A DNA stretch of 64,000 nt from a virus. The stretch lies in the IMG/VR virus record IMGVR_UViG_3300050035_000066, positions 4,477 to 68,476 of that record; one strand, written 5' to 3'. Both the position numbers and the translations under genes were made by a program. A model generated the notes under the pieces. It made no database searches. It had not been told where the DNA came from and saw only the letters and a list, made by a program, of their open reading frames with translations. How positions within the stretch are numbered: position 1 is the first letter of the stretch; each line of letters opens with the position of its first letter. This document shows, in pieces, positions 10,006 through 18,362 of the stretch.

Positions 10006-10488
10006 TTATGCTGGGGGATACATCATTGGGGTTACGTAACTGAATGTGTTGTCCAGTTGTTTGGCGAACATCTGTTGACTGATCGCATTCGGATCCAAGG
10101 AAATATCACCATGGCTCGTGAAAGCAGCAGGCCAAACAAATGTGCGTCCACCAACAGAGTCTTGGACGATACGAATGATGATCATTGGAGAACTCAAGTC
10201 AATTCCAACAATCGTGGACGAAGTGACATTGCCTGTGAGGGTTAACTCATTGGCAAAGGTCGCACCCACATTAAAGATTGGGGTGACACTGAAAGGCACT
10301 TCGTAAATGGCATCACTCGGACCGGGAAGTGGAGGGGAATCAAGAACCTTGAGCCAGTCAGAGACACGTTTGATCTCAGAAAGATGTCGAGCAACACGTT
10401 TGACTGTCTCATAAGCGTTGCCGATCAGACGATCGATCAGAACTTCATGACCCCCAATGGGGTCTTCAGAATCTCTGTACATTGACAT
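10006..10488 (-). CDS. Short tail-appendage anchor/adaptor (N4 gp66-like N-terminus)
   Basis: LIDRLIGNAYETVKRVA motif of N4-like appendage N-termini plus one small beta domain (LTGNVT...QDSVGGRTFVWP). Confidence 0.7.
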   Translation of the reverse strand: MSMYRDSEDPIGGHEVLIDRLIGNAYETVKRVARHLSEIKRVSDWLKVLDSPPLPGPSDAIYEVPFSVTPIFNVGATFANELTLTGNVTSSTIVGIDLSSPMIIIRIVQDSVGGRTFVWPAAFTSHGDISLDPNAISQQMFAKQLDNTFSYVTPMMYPPA

Positions 10489-11190
10489 TTAACGCCACCC
10501 TCTTTGTCGGAAAACGATGCTGGTAGTGGAAATGCTGGTGTTGACTGTGTCATCCTGAGTAACGCTGGCACACTCGTTCTCATAGGTGTCATGGTGTCCT
10601 TGTGCGATTGCCATTGCTTCTTGCGTGTTCATGCCTGAATAAATTTTCCAAGCAATGAAGGCAGTCAGAGCACTGAAGAGAACTTCCGGCAGTTCCAATT
10701 CCGTCTCCATCTCATCAAGAGTTAGAGGAGGGTGTTTGGCCTGATATGTGAGTGATAATACCACACCCGGAACTGCTCTGGGAACCTGTAAGACTTTTGT
10801 TGTAGGGGTGAAAAGTGAGTCCGGATTGCCTCGATCATTGAGTGGCAGATCCCGACCAAAGCCATCGGTTACCCCAATCACCTTGAGCAGATCGTCCGTA
10901 AAGGGTTCACCGATATCGTTAATGAATGGTCGAGGGTCACTGTGCCCATCCCAATTAGATTCAGCGAATTGTGAACTAAGTGGGTAGGTTGTCTTGCCTT
11001 CCCGTTGCTCAATCAATAGACCCTTTTCCTTCAAGATAAATCGAGTGTAGAGGTCGAGCAATCCGTTGTTAGTTTGAAAGATGACCTTGGGTTTGTGCCG
11101 TTCAGAAATCTCACCTTCACCAGAGTCACCCATGCTGAGGTTGCTCAACTCATGTAGAGATAAGTTGGTGAAGAGTTCGTCCACTGTCAT
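10489..11190 (-). CDS. Head-tail adaptor/structural protein (N4 gp67-like)
   Basis: LSLHELSNLS, GLLDLYTRFILKEK, C-terminal FRQRGW; follows terminase. Confidence 0.85.
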   Translation of the reverse strand: MTVDELFTNLSLHELSNLSMGDSGEGEISERHKPKVIFQTNNGLLDLYTRFILKEKGLLIEQREGKTTYPLSSQFAESNWDGHSDPRPFINDIGEPFTDDLLKVIGVTDGFGRDLPLNDRGNPDSLFTPTTKVLQVPRAVPGVVLSLTYQAKHPPLTLDEMETELELPEVLFSALTAFIAWKIYSGMNTQEAMAIAQGHHDTYENECASVTQDDTVNTSISTTSIVFRQRGWR

Positions 11191-11202
11191 AAGAATCCCT
11201 CT

Positions 11203-12798
11203 CTATACAATATAGGATGAAAGAGCAGTTCGCTCATCAATTTTTTCGTCTTCCCACATTTGTTCCCCACCAACTTCCGGAGGAACAGCATCAGCAGGTT
11301 TCCATGGTTTGAGGAAGCCGAGCATCGAAACTGTGTCAAGACAGTCGTCCTTTCCCTTCAAACCATTCTTTGTGGCCAGTCGAATCTGACCCAAGAATTT
11401 CTTCATGATGACGGTTAACTTCATCTCTTCTGGAAAGAACATCTTACCGGCTTTAAACCAAGGGACTACAAGATTGAACCGAGCAAGTTTATCCACGATG
11501 GGTCGGATGCCGGGATCGCCACTCTTCTCTGAAGATGCAAAGTTGAACCAAACATTTCGAGTAATCATCTCGTTCTGGAGCCAAGTAACAAAAGCACCTT
11601 GCTGCCCGGTCACTTCGATGCCAACTTGTTGAGGCTTATACTCTTGCACCAATCTAAAGAGGGTATCGATAGTGACATCCATGGTCTGCCTTTCGGCCTC
11701 ACCGTCAACCCAAAGCCAGTCACCATTTGAACTGTAGGCCCAGACTGCAATGGCCGAGTCATCAGCCTTCTTCTTTTTGGATGTTGCGAAGTCCGTTGTA
11801 ATGTAGAAGTTATAAGAACTCTTGACTGCCAGAAGTTTGGTTCTGTTGTACCACTTTATCTCGGAGTCTTGCACGAGACGCTCCTCTTCAGAGGAGATCC
11901 GGAGCATCAACTCTTGCTGGAAGCTATCCAACTTCCCCGTTTCCACAGCCATTTTATACTGTTCTTCAACATAATCAAAGGTGAATCGATCCGGCCAAGC
12001 TCCGGAGAACTCTTCTCGCGTGCATGGATACTTCTCGCAGACTGGCCACACGTTGACATCCCACGCTCCGGACTCGACCGCTTCTATAAGAATGTCCTGT
12101 TTGTTGAACGGCGTGCCGTTGAAGATGATCTTCCGACGAGTTGGGTCTAATGCGTGGTTCACTCCTTTATAGACTGTGTTCTTGATCGTTAGCATGGCGG
12201 CCATGGAGTCAGCGTCGTCATCACTGACGAGATCATCCAATATGGCGAGCACAGGACGCTTCCCAAAGATCTTGGTTCCACGGAGTCCGGTCTTCGCACC
12301 GAACATTTTTATCCCAAGCATCTCCCCATTCTTGTTCTTGAACTCAATGTAGTTATCTGTAAAGTGAGCTTCAGGCAACCACTGTTGGAGAAATTCAGAG
12401 GCGTTGTATCTGAACTCGATGTTCTTGCGAGCAGACTTGACACCGTTTTCCATGGAGTCCGAGACATAGATCAAACTATCCACGTACCCAAAGTTAGGTA
12501 TGTGGTGGAAGACTGCTAGAAAGAGTGTGAAGTATTCCATGAACAGAGTGGTCTTGGCTGCTCCTCTAAAACATATGTTTGCAATGTAAGCCGATGGTTC
12601 GACAATTTTGTCGAGCATCTTCAGATGCACAGGGGGTGTCTTGTGTGATTCCCCCACCGTTCCATTCACGAGCTTGATGAAGTTCATGAAGGTCAATGCA
12701 AATTCCGAGGGCATGTATTCAGGGGAATTCAGGATAGAGTAGTCCACCTGATTCAACCACTGGTCAAGCTCCTGCTTAACTAATGCTGGCACTTGCAT
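11203..12798 (-). CDS. terL: Terminase large subunit (N4 gp68-like)
   Basis: CFRGAAKTT Walker A, LAILDD Walker B, ITTDFA and KDDCLD nuclease motifs. Confidence 0.95.
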   Translation of the reverse strand: MQVPALVKQELDQWLNQVDYSILNSPEYMPSEFALTFMNFIKLVNGTVGESHKTPPVHLKMLDKIVEPSAYIANICFRGAAKTTLFMEYFTLFLAVFHHIPNFGYVDSLIYVSDSMENGVKSARKNIEFRYNASEFLQQWLPEAHFTDNYIEFKNKNGEMLGIKMFGAKTGLRGTKIFGKRPVLAILDDLVSDDDADSMAAMLTIKNTVYKGVNHALDPTRRKIIFNGTPFNKQDILIEAVESGAWDVNVWPVCEKYPCTREEFSGAWPDRFTFDYVEEQYKMAVETGKLDSFQQELMLRISSEEERLVQDSEIKWYNRTKLLAVKSSYNFYITTDFATSKKKKADDSAIAVWAYSSNGDWLWVDGEAERQTMDVTIDTLFRLVQEYKPQQVGIEVTGQQGAFVTWLQNEMITRNVWFNFASSEKSGDPGIRPIVDKLARFNLVVPWFKAGKMFFPEEMKLTVIMKKFLGQIRLATKNGLKGKDDCLDTVSMLGFLKPWKPADAVPPEVGGEQMWEDEKIDERTALSSYIV

Positions 12799-13462
12799 CT
12801 CCCTCGATTAATTTCTGGGCTGTGATCTCGTTAGTGGGTACGCCTTGAGCGATCATGTCTCTCTGCCGAGTCGCCAGCTTCACCAACATATCTTTGAGTT
12901 CGTTCATGCCTGACGTTTCACGCAGGTCGATGTTGACAAGCGGTCCAGCTTCTTTTGGCTTGGCCAAATGAGTGAGGATTGAATTGGCTGCCTGAGTCCT
13001 CACCAGTTCGCTGACCGCCGATGTCATTAGATCGACCTGAGTGTTGATGGCTTTCTGATATGCATCTTGGTTCAACACCCAACTCGGTACCAAGGTCTGC
13101 TCTAAGATAAGATTGACGAGCTTTCCTTTATTGTATGCAGACACATAAGACCCGATGTCTTTATTGGACGTACCCTTGGCGACGAGTTGCTGATAGCGAG
13201 TCGGGAAGGTTTTGCAGTACGCATCCTGATTGCTCATGCCCATCAGCTTGTGACTTACATATATGACAGCATGTAAATAGTCTTCTGTTTTAAACTTCCC
13301 CTCCTGCAATACTTTGGTGTACGACAGGAAGTTGTCCCGGACCTGTTCTGCCACAATGGGGTCTGTGACACAAGTGTTGATCATGTCTACAAGAGACTGT
13401 GTGGCCGCACCCTTGAGATTGGGTGGCAAGGCACGAGCGACTTGGTCTAAGCTAACGGACAT
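12776..13462 (-). CDS. N4 gp69-like protein (putative terminase small subunit)
   Basis: ALPPNLK...LQEGKFK...YVSAYNKGKLVNLILEQ motif, immediately upstream of terL. Confidence 0.8.
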   Translation of the reverse strand: MSVSLDQVARALPPNLKGAATQSLVDMINTCVTDPIVAEQVRDNFLSYTKVLQEGKFKTEDYLHAVIYVSHKLMGMSNQDAYCKTFPTRYQQLVAKGTSNKDIGSYVSAYNKGKLVNLILEQTLVPSWVLNQDAYQKAINTQVDLMTSAVSELVRTQAANSILTHLAKPKEAGPLVNIDLRETSGMNELKDMLVKLATRQRDMIAQGVPTNEITAQKLIEGDASASIS

Positions 13463-13483
13463 GTAATCTCCCCTAATATATGT

Positions 13484-13909
13484 TTAGTTTAAAAGCTTGA
13501 GGCGTGAACCCAGAAGAGTCAGGTACGTTCCCATCGCTGAGAACTGTGCCAGAAGCAATTCCTGTTGGAGACTTTCCAGAAGCGTAAAGTGATTGCTGCC
13601 AATGAAACCTTCCAGCTTCACGACCTTGTCATTTAATTCGGCATACTCGACGTGCAGCCGATCGATGAAACTGGCATACACACAGTGACTCTTCTCAAAG
13701 ATGTCCTTGAGTACCCAAGTAACATATCCATCGAACCCAATCAGGTTTGGTTTGCCCGGTATCTGTACCAGATACCCTTCATCCTCATCCCGTTCACCGG
13801 CAAGCCTTGGCCAGTCACGAAGCTTGTTGTATTCGGCCCTTGTCATTGGGGTCGCCTTTACCTGCTGCTTGCTCAGGTAATCCTTCATCTGTATCTTGGT
13901 TTCGCTCAT
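13484..13909 (-). CDS. crAss001_48-like protein with the N-terminal domain often fused to Tad2/DUF2829
   Basis: KATPMTR.EYN...DEGYLV...GY.TW..KD.FEK then RL..E..EL..K..KL..FI...F..L....Q.LL..Q..AM..Y...L..R. Confidence 0.65.
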   Translation of the reverse strand: MSETKIQMKDYLSKQQVKATPMTRAEYNKLRDWPRLAGERDEDEGYLVQIPGKPNLIGFDGYVTWVLKDIFEKSHCVYASFIDRLHVEYAELNDKVVKLEGFIGSNHFTLLESLQQELLLAQFSAMGTYLTLLGSRLKLLN

Positions 13910-14076
13910 GAAATATTTTTATCCTTTGGGTTGCATTGTTCTCAAACAGAGTTTAGGCTATCTTCCAGTTCAATAGCAACCCCAAAAACTTCTCTCTATT
14001 AAAAAATAGAGGTGAGGTAACGCAGAACTGTGTCTAAAAGAGGGTTGTTTTCCACAGCTAAAAGAAAGGAGAATCA

Positions 14077-14256
14077 ATGGAAACAAAGCTTTTAACCAAC
14101 ATGCTGGAACAGGTAAAGCAAATTCAGACTACTTGTCTGAAGAGTACTAAGCCTTTAGATACGAGCATCTCAACCATTCCTGATGACAAGTATGCCAAAC
14201 TCATGGCACCATGCACAGGACCAACGGACGATCCCACCCGAGGAGACTTGCACTAG
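14077..14256 (+). CDS. Hypothetical 59-aa protein
   Basis: Not in the track; AAGGAG RBS, METKLLTNMLEQ...RGDLH*; preceded by TTGTTC-N17-TATCTT at ~13936-13964. Confidence 0.5.
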   Translation: METKLLTNMLEQVKQIQTTCLKSTKPLDTSISTIPDDKYAKLMAPCTGPTDDPTRGDLH

Positions 14257-14260
14257 AACT

Positions 14261-14289
14261 TGACAATCTCAAACTTAAATGATAACGTC
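14261..14289 (+). promoter_or_regulatory. Sigma70-type promoter TTGACA-N17-TAACGT
   Basis: Perfect -35, 17-bp spacer, TAnnnT -10. Confidence 0.55.
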
Positions 14290-14294
14290 ATCTC

Positions 14295-14445
14295 AAGTCG
14301 CAGCAGTCTTGCTTCGTGCCAACCCCAGTGGATAGTGGGGATATAACTTCCACAGTCAAAGTGGGCCTCTCCTCCCATGATTTGACATTAAGGCTCCCTC
14401 TCTTCTCTTCCTCCTCCGAGACAAGATGATGGGAGCCTTCCTTAT
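14295..14445 (+). ncRNA. Candidate structured sRNA with CU-rich (anti-SD) hairpin loops
   Basis: Hairpins at 14355-14386 (loop CCTCTCCT) and 14390-14439 (loop TTCCTCCTCC), downstream of a promoter, in a non-coding gap. Confidence 0.45.
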
Positions 14446-14472
14446 TGACCCAACATATGATAGAAGAGATGT

Positions 14473-14736
14473 ATGACAGTCTTCCGCAACTACCATATGG
14501 CAGAAGCAAGACAGTTCGTTGGAAACAACTGCATTGAACTTCTCTACTGGATGTGTGTCCCCGGAGTCGATGACTGCCTTGAACTCCACACCACAGATCA
14601 CCCAATCATCCATGGACCCAAGGAAGAAGTAACCGAGATCGGTGACTGGATCGTCAAGGATATCAAGGGTGAGTTCCATCTCATGAAGCCAGCAGAGTTT
14701 GAACATCTCTCCATCACTTTTAGATCCCAAACATAA
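14473..14736 (+). CDS. Conserved small phage protein (EARQF...GDWIVKD.KGEF..MKP family)
   Basis: Motif pattern common to small phage beta proteins; function unknown. Confidence 0.6.
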   Translation: MTVFRNYHMAEARQFVGNNCIELLYWMCVPGVDDCLELHTTDHPIIHGPKEEVTEIGDWIVKDIKGEFHLMKPAEFEHLSITFRSQT

Positions 14737-14863
14737 ATAGGAAGTCTATAGTAAAAAACCCTCAGCATATTTTTGGGGACATTCTATATTTATGTTTGAA
14801 GTACCCTCTAAGAAATACTGAGGGGCCATTCTAAAAAAGTTCATGATTAAGTTTCAAAGTAGT

Positions 14864-14904
14864 TTGGACACTGTGGACACTTAGGACACAGGGTACCCCC
14901 CCGG
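14864..14904. repeat. Three GGACAC direct repeats (9-nt period) plus a C-run; probable genome-terminus region
   Basis: tttGGACACtgtGGACACttaGGACACagggtacccccccgg, just before the early promoter and gp1-like gene. Confidence 0.5.
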
Positions 14905-14915
14905 TATCTATCTGG

Positions 14916-14935
14916 GGCGCTACGCGCCTTCTGGG
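14916..14935 (+). promoter_or_regulatory. Virion RNA polymerase hairpin promoter
   Basis: Template strand 5'-CCC AGAA GGCGC GTA GCGCC-3' has the N4 P2 architecture (CC AAAA GAAGC GGA GCTTC): 5-bp stem, GNA triloop, 4-nt spacer, +1 C. Confidence 0.85.
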
Positions 14936-14961
14936 ATCTTATCCCACAAGGAGCTATCACC

Positions 14962-15282
14962 ATGGCGTCAGCGAAGCAAGCCGTTGGTAATGTATTAGAT
15001 GCAGTCATTGCATCGTCTAATGCCATCACTGGTACAGTTTGCCTACTGGGCAAGTCTGCAACATATGGCAACAACTGGATGGACGCAGTCCTCAACAAGC
15101 AGAGCGTAAGCCTCGCTGTTGATCAAGCCATCTTTGAGCAGAGCTATCGTGCCATTAAGGCACAAGAGCTTGCACAGATTCAGAAGACCATCCAAGCATG
15201 GGCATCTGATACAGCAACTGAGTTGCTTTATAAGGAAGCACTCGCAGTCGTGGATCAAGCCATTACTTCTGTAAAGAAGTAG
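14962..15282 (+). CDS. Early protein, N4 gp1-like
   Basis: First gene after the vRNAP promoter, AAGGAG RBS, ~106-aa helical protein. Confidence 0.7.
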   Translation: MASAKQAVGNVLDAVIASSNAITGTVCLLGKSATYGNNWMDAVLNKQSVSLAVDQAIFEQSYRAIKAQELAQIQKTIQAWASDTATELLYKEALAVVDQAITSVKK

Positions 15283-15360
15283 TGGCTTAGCCACAAGCTG
15301 AGATAGTCTAGTCTCAAACTAGACTTCCCTTAAACACTAACTTGTACTGGAGGTAGTTCA

Positions 15361-15588
15361 ATGGCAATTGAATTTGTTCCAACTTCAAGTAATTATCCTG
15401 ATGCTGCCTCAGTACTTGAGCAGTATCGTGTTAATCGGTTGAAAACAAAGCCGATTAGTAAGTCAGATCTCGACAATCTGACTGAACTGTTTGACCGTTT
15501 AAACGGCAAGCAAGCAATGGCTATAGTCATTCAGATTGAACAGTTTCGTGCCAATCGTCGTGCAACTGCACGCAGGGGTGTTCAGTGA
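15361..15588 (+). CDS. Early hypothetical protein
   Basis: GGAGGT RBS; operon context. Confidence 0.6.
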   Translation: MAIEFVPTSSNYPDAASVLEQYRVNRLKTKPISKSDLDNLTELFDRLNGKQAMAIVIQIEQFRANRRATARRGVQ

Positions 15589-15836
15589 GTGCAACTCATT
15601 CACCAACTTTCGACAGATTGTTCATCAACTGTCAAGCTATTTGTGATCGTTACTTTAGCGATCCACAAACACATGTTAGTAGTGCAATGTCGTTCAATTC
15701 TGAACGTGCTTGCACACACAATCTAGTGAACTTGGAGCTTGGTACGGTTATCCGTACTGCTCAATATTCACCTAATGAAGTCGCTGATCTCAATGCAGAT
15801 ATGCGACTTACTAACCAACGCTGGTTGCCAGTGTAG
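15585..15836 (+). CDS. Early hypothetical protein
   Basis: GTGA overlap with the previous gene. Confidence 0.55.
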   Translation: MSATHSPTFDRLFINCQAICDRYFSDPQTHVSSAMSFNSERACTHNLVNLELGTVIRTAQYSPNEVADLNADMRLTNQRWLPV

Positions 15837-15846
15837 AGAGTGAGCA

Positions 15847-16053
15847 TTGCTAATGCAAACCCCAATCGATTCAATGATGGGTATGTGCGCCATCGGACTC
15901 GCCGTATGTGGCGTATGCTTTGTCTTTGCAATAGTTTATATGGTGTTGGAAGACAAGCTCCGTATCGCTGAATACGAAGCTCTTGAGCAGGAACGTCTCA
16001 CTCGTGATGATAACGCTCATCGCGAGAACATTGCCATGCATTGGCAGAATTAA
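15847..16053 (+). CDS. Early small membrane protein
   Basis: One TM segment, charged tail. Confidence 0.5.
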   Translation: MLMQTPIDSMMGMCAIGLAVCGVCFVFAIVYMVLEDKLRIAEYEALEQERLTRDDNAHRENIAMHWQN

Positions 16054-16164
16054 ACTCGCCTAGCTCGTCGTCCGACTGAGCTAAACCATCCCACCAAATC
16101 TCTGCGTAGCAAACGCTGGCATCTGCCCATCAGATGCCAGCACATTTCAACTTCGAGGTGAACT

Positions 16165-16290
16165 ATGGCTGTATTTGGTTATCTTGCATTTGCGATCGCA
16201 ATACTCATCTACACTATAGGTCGTAGCCATGGGTATAAAGCTGGTCGTAAAGCTGGCTTAACTGCACATATTAAACTAGATGATGAGTAA
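16165..16290 (+). CDS. 41-aa membrane peptide
   Basis: Not in the track; GAGGTG RBS, MAVFGYLAFAIAILIYTIGRSHGYKAG... Confidence 0.5.
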   Translation: MAVFGYLAFAIAILIYTIGRSHGYKAGRKAGLTAHIKLDDE

Positions 16291-16388
16291 TCTCATTTAG
16301 TTTTTTTCTTGGTTGTTCCATCTACTTAACAACCAATAATCTCAACTTTTCCAACTTTGAATCTGATCCAAGGAGGATCAATACTCAC

Positions 16389-16817
16389 ATGGCAATCGAC
16401 TTCAGCAAGACTTTCGGTGCAGGTGCGGCTACTGCAACATCATCCAACCAGAGCAAGCCCAAGGCACAGTTCTGGATCAACATCGGCGTGCTCACCGAGC
16501 ACAAGGATGACAACGGCGAGCAGCGTTTCGTATCACTGGCCACAGGCATTGCCTTGGACACGATGGAAACACTGCCCACAAACAGCAAAAACGTTATGTT
16601 CGGCCAGTTTCAGGCTGCACGTAACGACCTGCGTGACCAGTTGGTCGCAGCAGCGAGCACACTCAAACCCGGCGAAGCGGCATACATCAATGCCGAGTCC
16701 GGTCTGAAAATTCAGATCCGTCGCGTGAGCGAGGAAGTCAACGCAGTTGCCGGTGAAGGCAATCCGTTCCGCGTCAAGCTGGGACTGGTGTCCGACTCCA
16801 CAGCGGCTGCTGTGTAG
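16389..16817 (+). CDS. ssDNA-binding RNAP II activator (N4 gp2/Drc-like)
   Basis: PKAQFWINIG...RFVSL..GIALD...AARNDL...LKPGE...IQIRRV...NPF signature. Confidence 0.88.
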   Translation: MAIDFSKTFGAGAATATSSNQSKPKAQFWINIGVLTEHKDDNGEQRFVSLATGIALDTMETLPTNSKNVMFGQFQAARNDLRDQLVAAASTLKPGEAAYINAESGLKIQIRRVSEEVNAVAGEGNPFRVKLGLVSDSTAAAV

Positions 16818-16824
16818 TCAAGTC

Positions 16825-16856
16825 ATGGGCTGCATCCAGTAATGGGTGCAGCCTAT
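16825..16856 (+). terminator. Hairpin after the gp2-like gene
   Basis: atgggctgcatcca gtaa tgggtgcagcctat. Confidence 0.55.
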
Positions 16857-16960
16857 CGACCTTGGATTTCGATAATCCAACTACCTAAAAGCTAAGTTTA
16901 ACTTTTAGGTCCAATTTGGCGATAACCGCCTAAGTACTAAATCCATATCTGAGGTGTCGT

Positions 16961-17818
16961 ATGAAATGGTACCTTGATGAGGTATTTCCATGGGAATTTG
17001 TCATTCGTGAAGTTCCTGAAAATGCCACATACACTCAAATTAAGAATGGACGATATATTGCAGGATTACCTAAGCTTAGGGGTATTCGGGCTAAGGTAAT
17101 TGGTGATGCAATCGTCTATCTTTGGAACTCAATGTTCCAATAACCATAAACGCCAAACATGAATTTGAAGGAGATCCAAATGATCAAAATACTCGGTTGT
17201 GTTTTGCTACTTTTTGTAGCAATCATTGTCATAGCTGAAATGGGGATATGGATAATAGTTGTGCTCCTGAGTATACCTTGGATATTTGGTGTAATGGTGC
17301 TCTACCAATATATCTTTAGTGAACCAAAAATAAAATCATGATCCAGGTTTGCAGTGGGTGACCATAGGACAGTTTTAATGAGGAATGCTTATTTCAAAAA
17401 GAGTGAGTGAATAATCTACCACTACAAATCTAAATATGAAGGGAATCCAAACCATGGATCAATTTGAGTTGGAACCTATTCCAGATAAAGAAGTTGCTCT
17501 CGAATGGTTGAAGGCACAACAGAAACATGGCAATACAATTGCCCTTCATCATGCTAGACGAATTCTTCCTGTCTTATTGTCTTTGAAACCAGAAACAGTT
17601 GAAGCTTTTATGAGGGAAAGATCATGACTGAATTCATCGCTTTACACCTGACTGCTGTGAACGGTATGGGAATCCTAATTGTGATCTTGGTCACAGCAAT
17701 TGTTGCTGTGAGTATCATCTACGAGATCATTCGATTCAATGAGAAAAAGCAAATTAACAAGCCGAAGGAGCGCATTAGCTATGACGCAAAAGATACTTCG
17801 CTACGCAGGTATCGGTAG
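16961..17818 (+). CDS. Cluster of four small hypothetical ORFs (16961-17143, 17159-17341 TM, 17436-17627, 17624-17818 TM)
   Basis: Co-oriented small ORFs with RBSs or overlaps. Confidence 0.5.
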
Positions 17819-18362
17819 TCGGCAAACTCCTCATCCGGTGCAGGACATTATGACATCCATCGGTCAGCAATTAGCTGATCGATGGATGTTACGTTCTGGT
17901 CATGCTGAGGGAGCCGATCAGGCATTTGAAACTGGCGTACTTCTGTATGCCATGTCAATCAACTCGCATGATCCAAACATGGAAATCTTCATTCCTTATA
18001 ACGGATTCAATGGAGCTTTCCGATCCAGCAAATATATCCTTGTCCAACCTAGTGATGAATTAAAAAGGATTGCTAGACACTTTCATCCAGCATGGGAACG
18101 CTGTACGGAGATGGCCAAGTATCTTCACATGCGAAACGTATGGGAAATTGCTGGTCAAGATCTCAATACACCAGTGGATATGGTGGTATGCTGGACTCTC
18201 AATGGTAAGTTTGAAGGTGGAACTGGCCAAGCATTGCGTATGGCCCAGCACCTCAACATACCGATCTTTAACCTCGCAATCCTTGGTGTAGACCAAGAAC
18301 TCTGCGATTTCATTCAACAAAAAGAGAGTGAACTCAATGTCGAACCTGAGCATTCCAACTGA
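17781..18362 (+). CDS. SLOG/DprA-like nucleotide-binding protein
   Basis: YAGIGSRQTP, LRSGHAEGADQAFE, GGTGQALRMA...IPIFNL. Confidence 0.8.
   Translation: MTQKILRYAGIGSRQTPHPVQDIMTSIGQQLADRWMLRSGHAEGADQAFETGVLLYAMSINSHDPNMEIFIPYNGFNGAFRSSKYILVQPSDELKRIARHFHPAWERCTEMAKYLHMRNVWEIAGQDLNTPVDMVVCWTLNGKFEGGTGQALRMAQHLNIPIFNLAILGVDQELCDFIQQKESELNVEPEHSN

Noticed and set aside
15283-15295. Second vRNAP promoter (gtggc-tta-gccac)
   Set aside because: Template loop is TAA rather than GNA, and the downstream spacer/+1 pattern does not match
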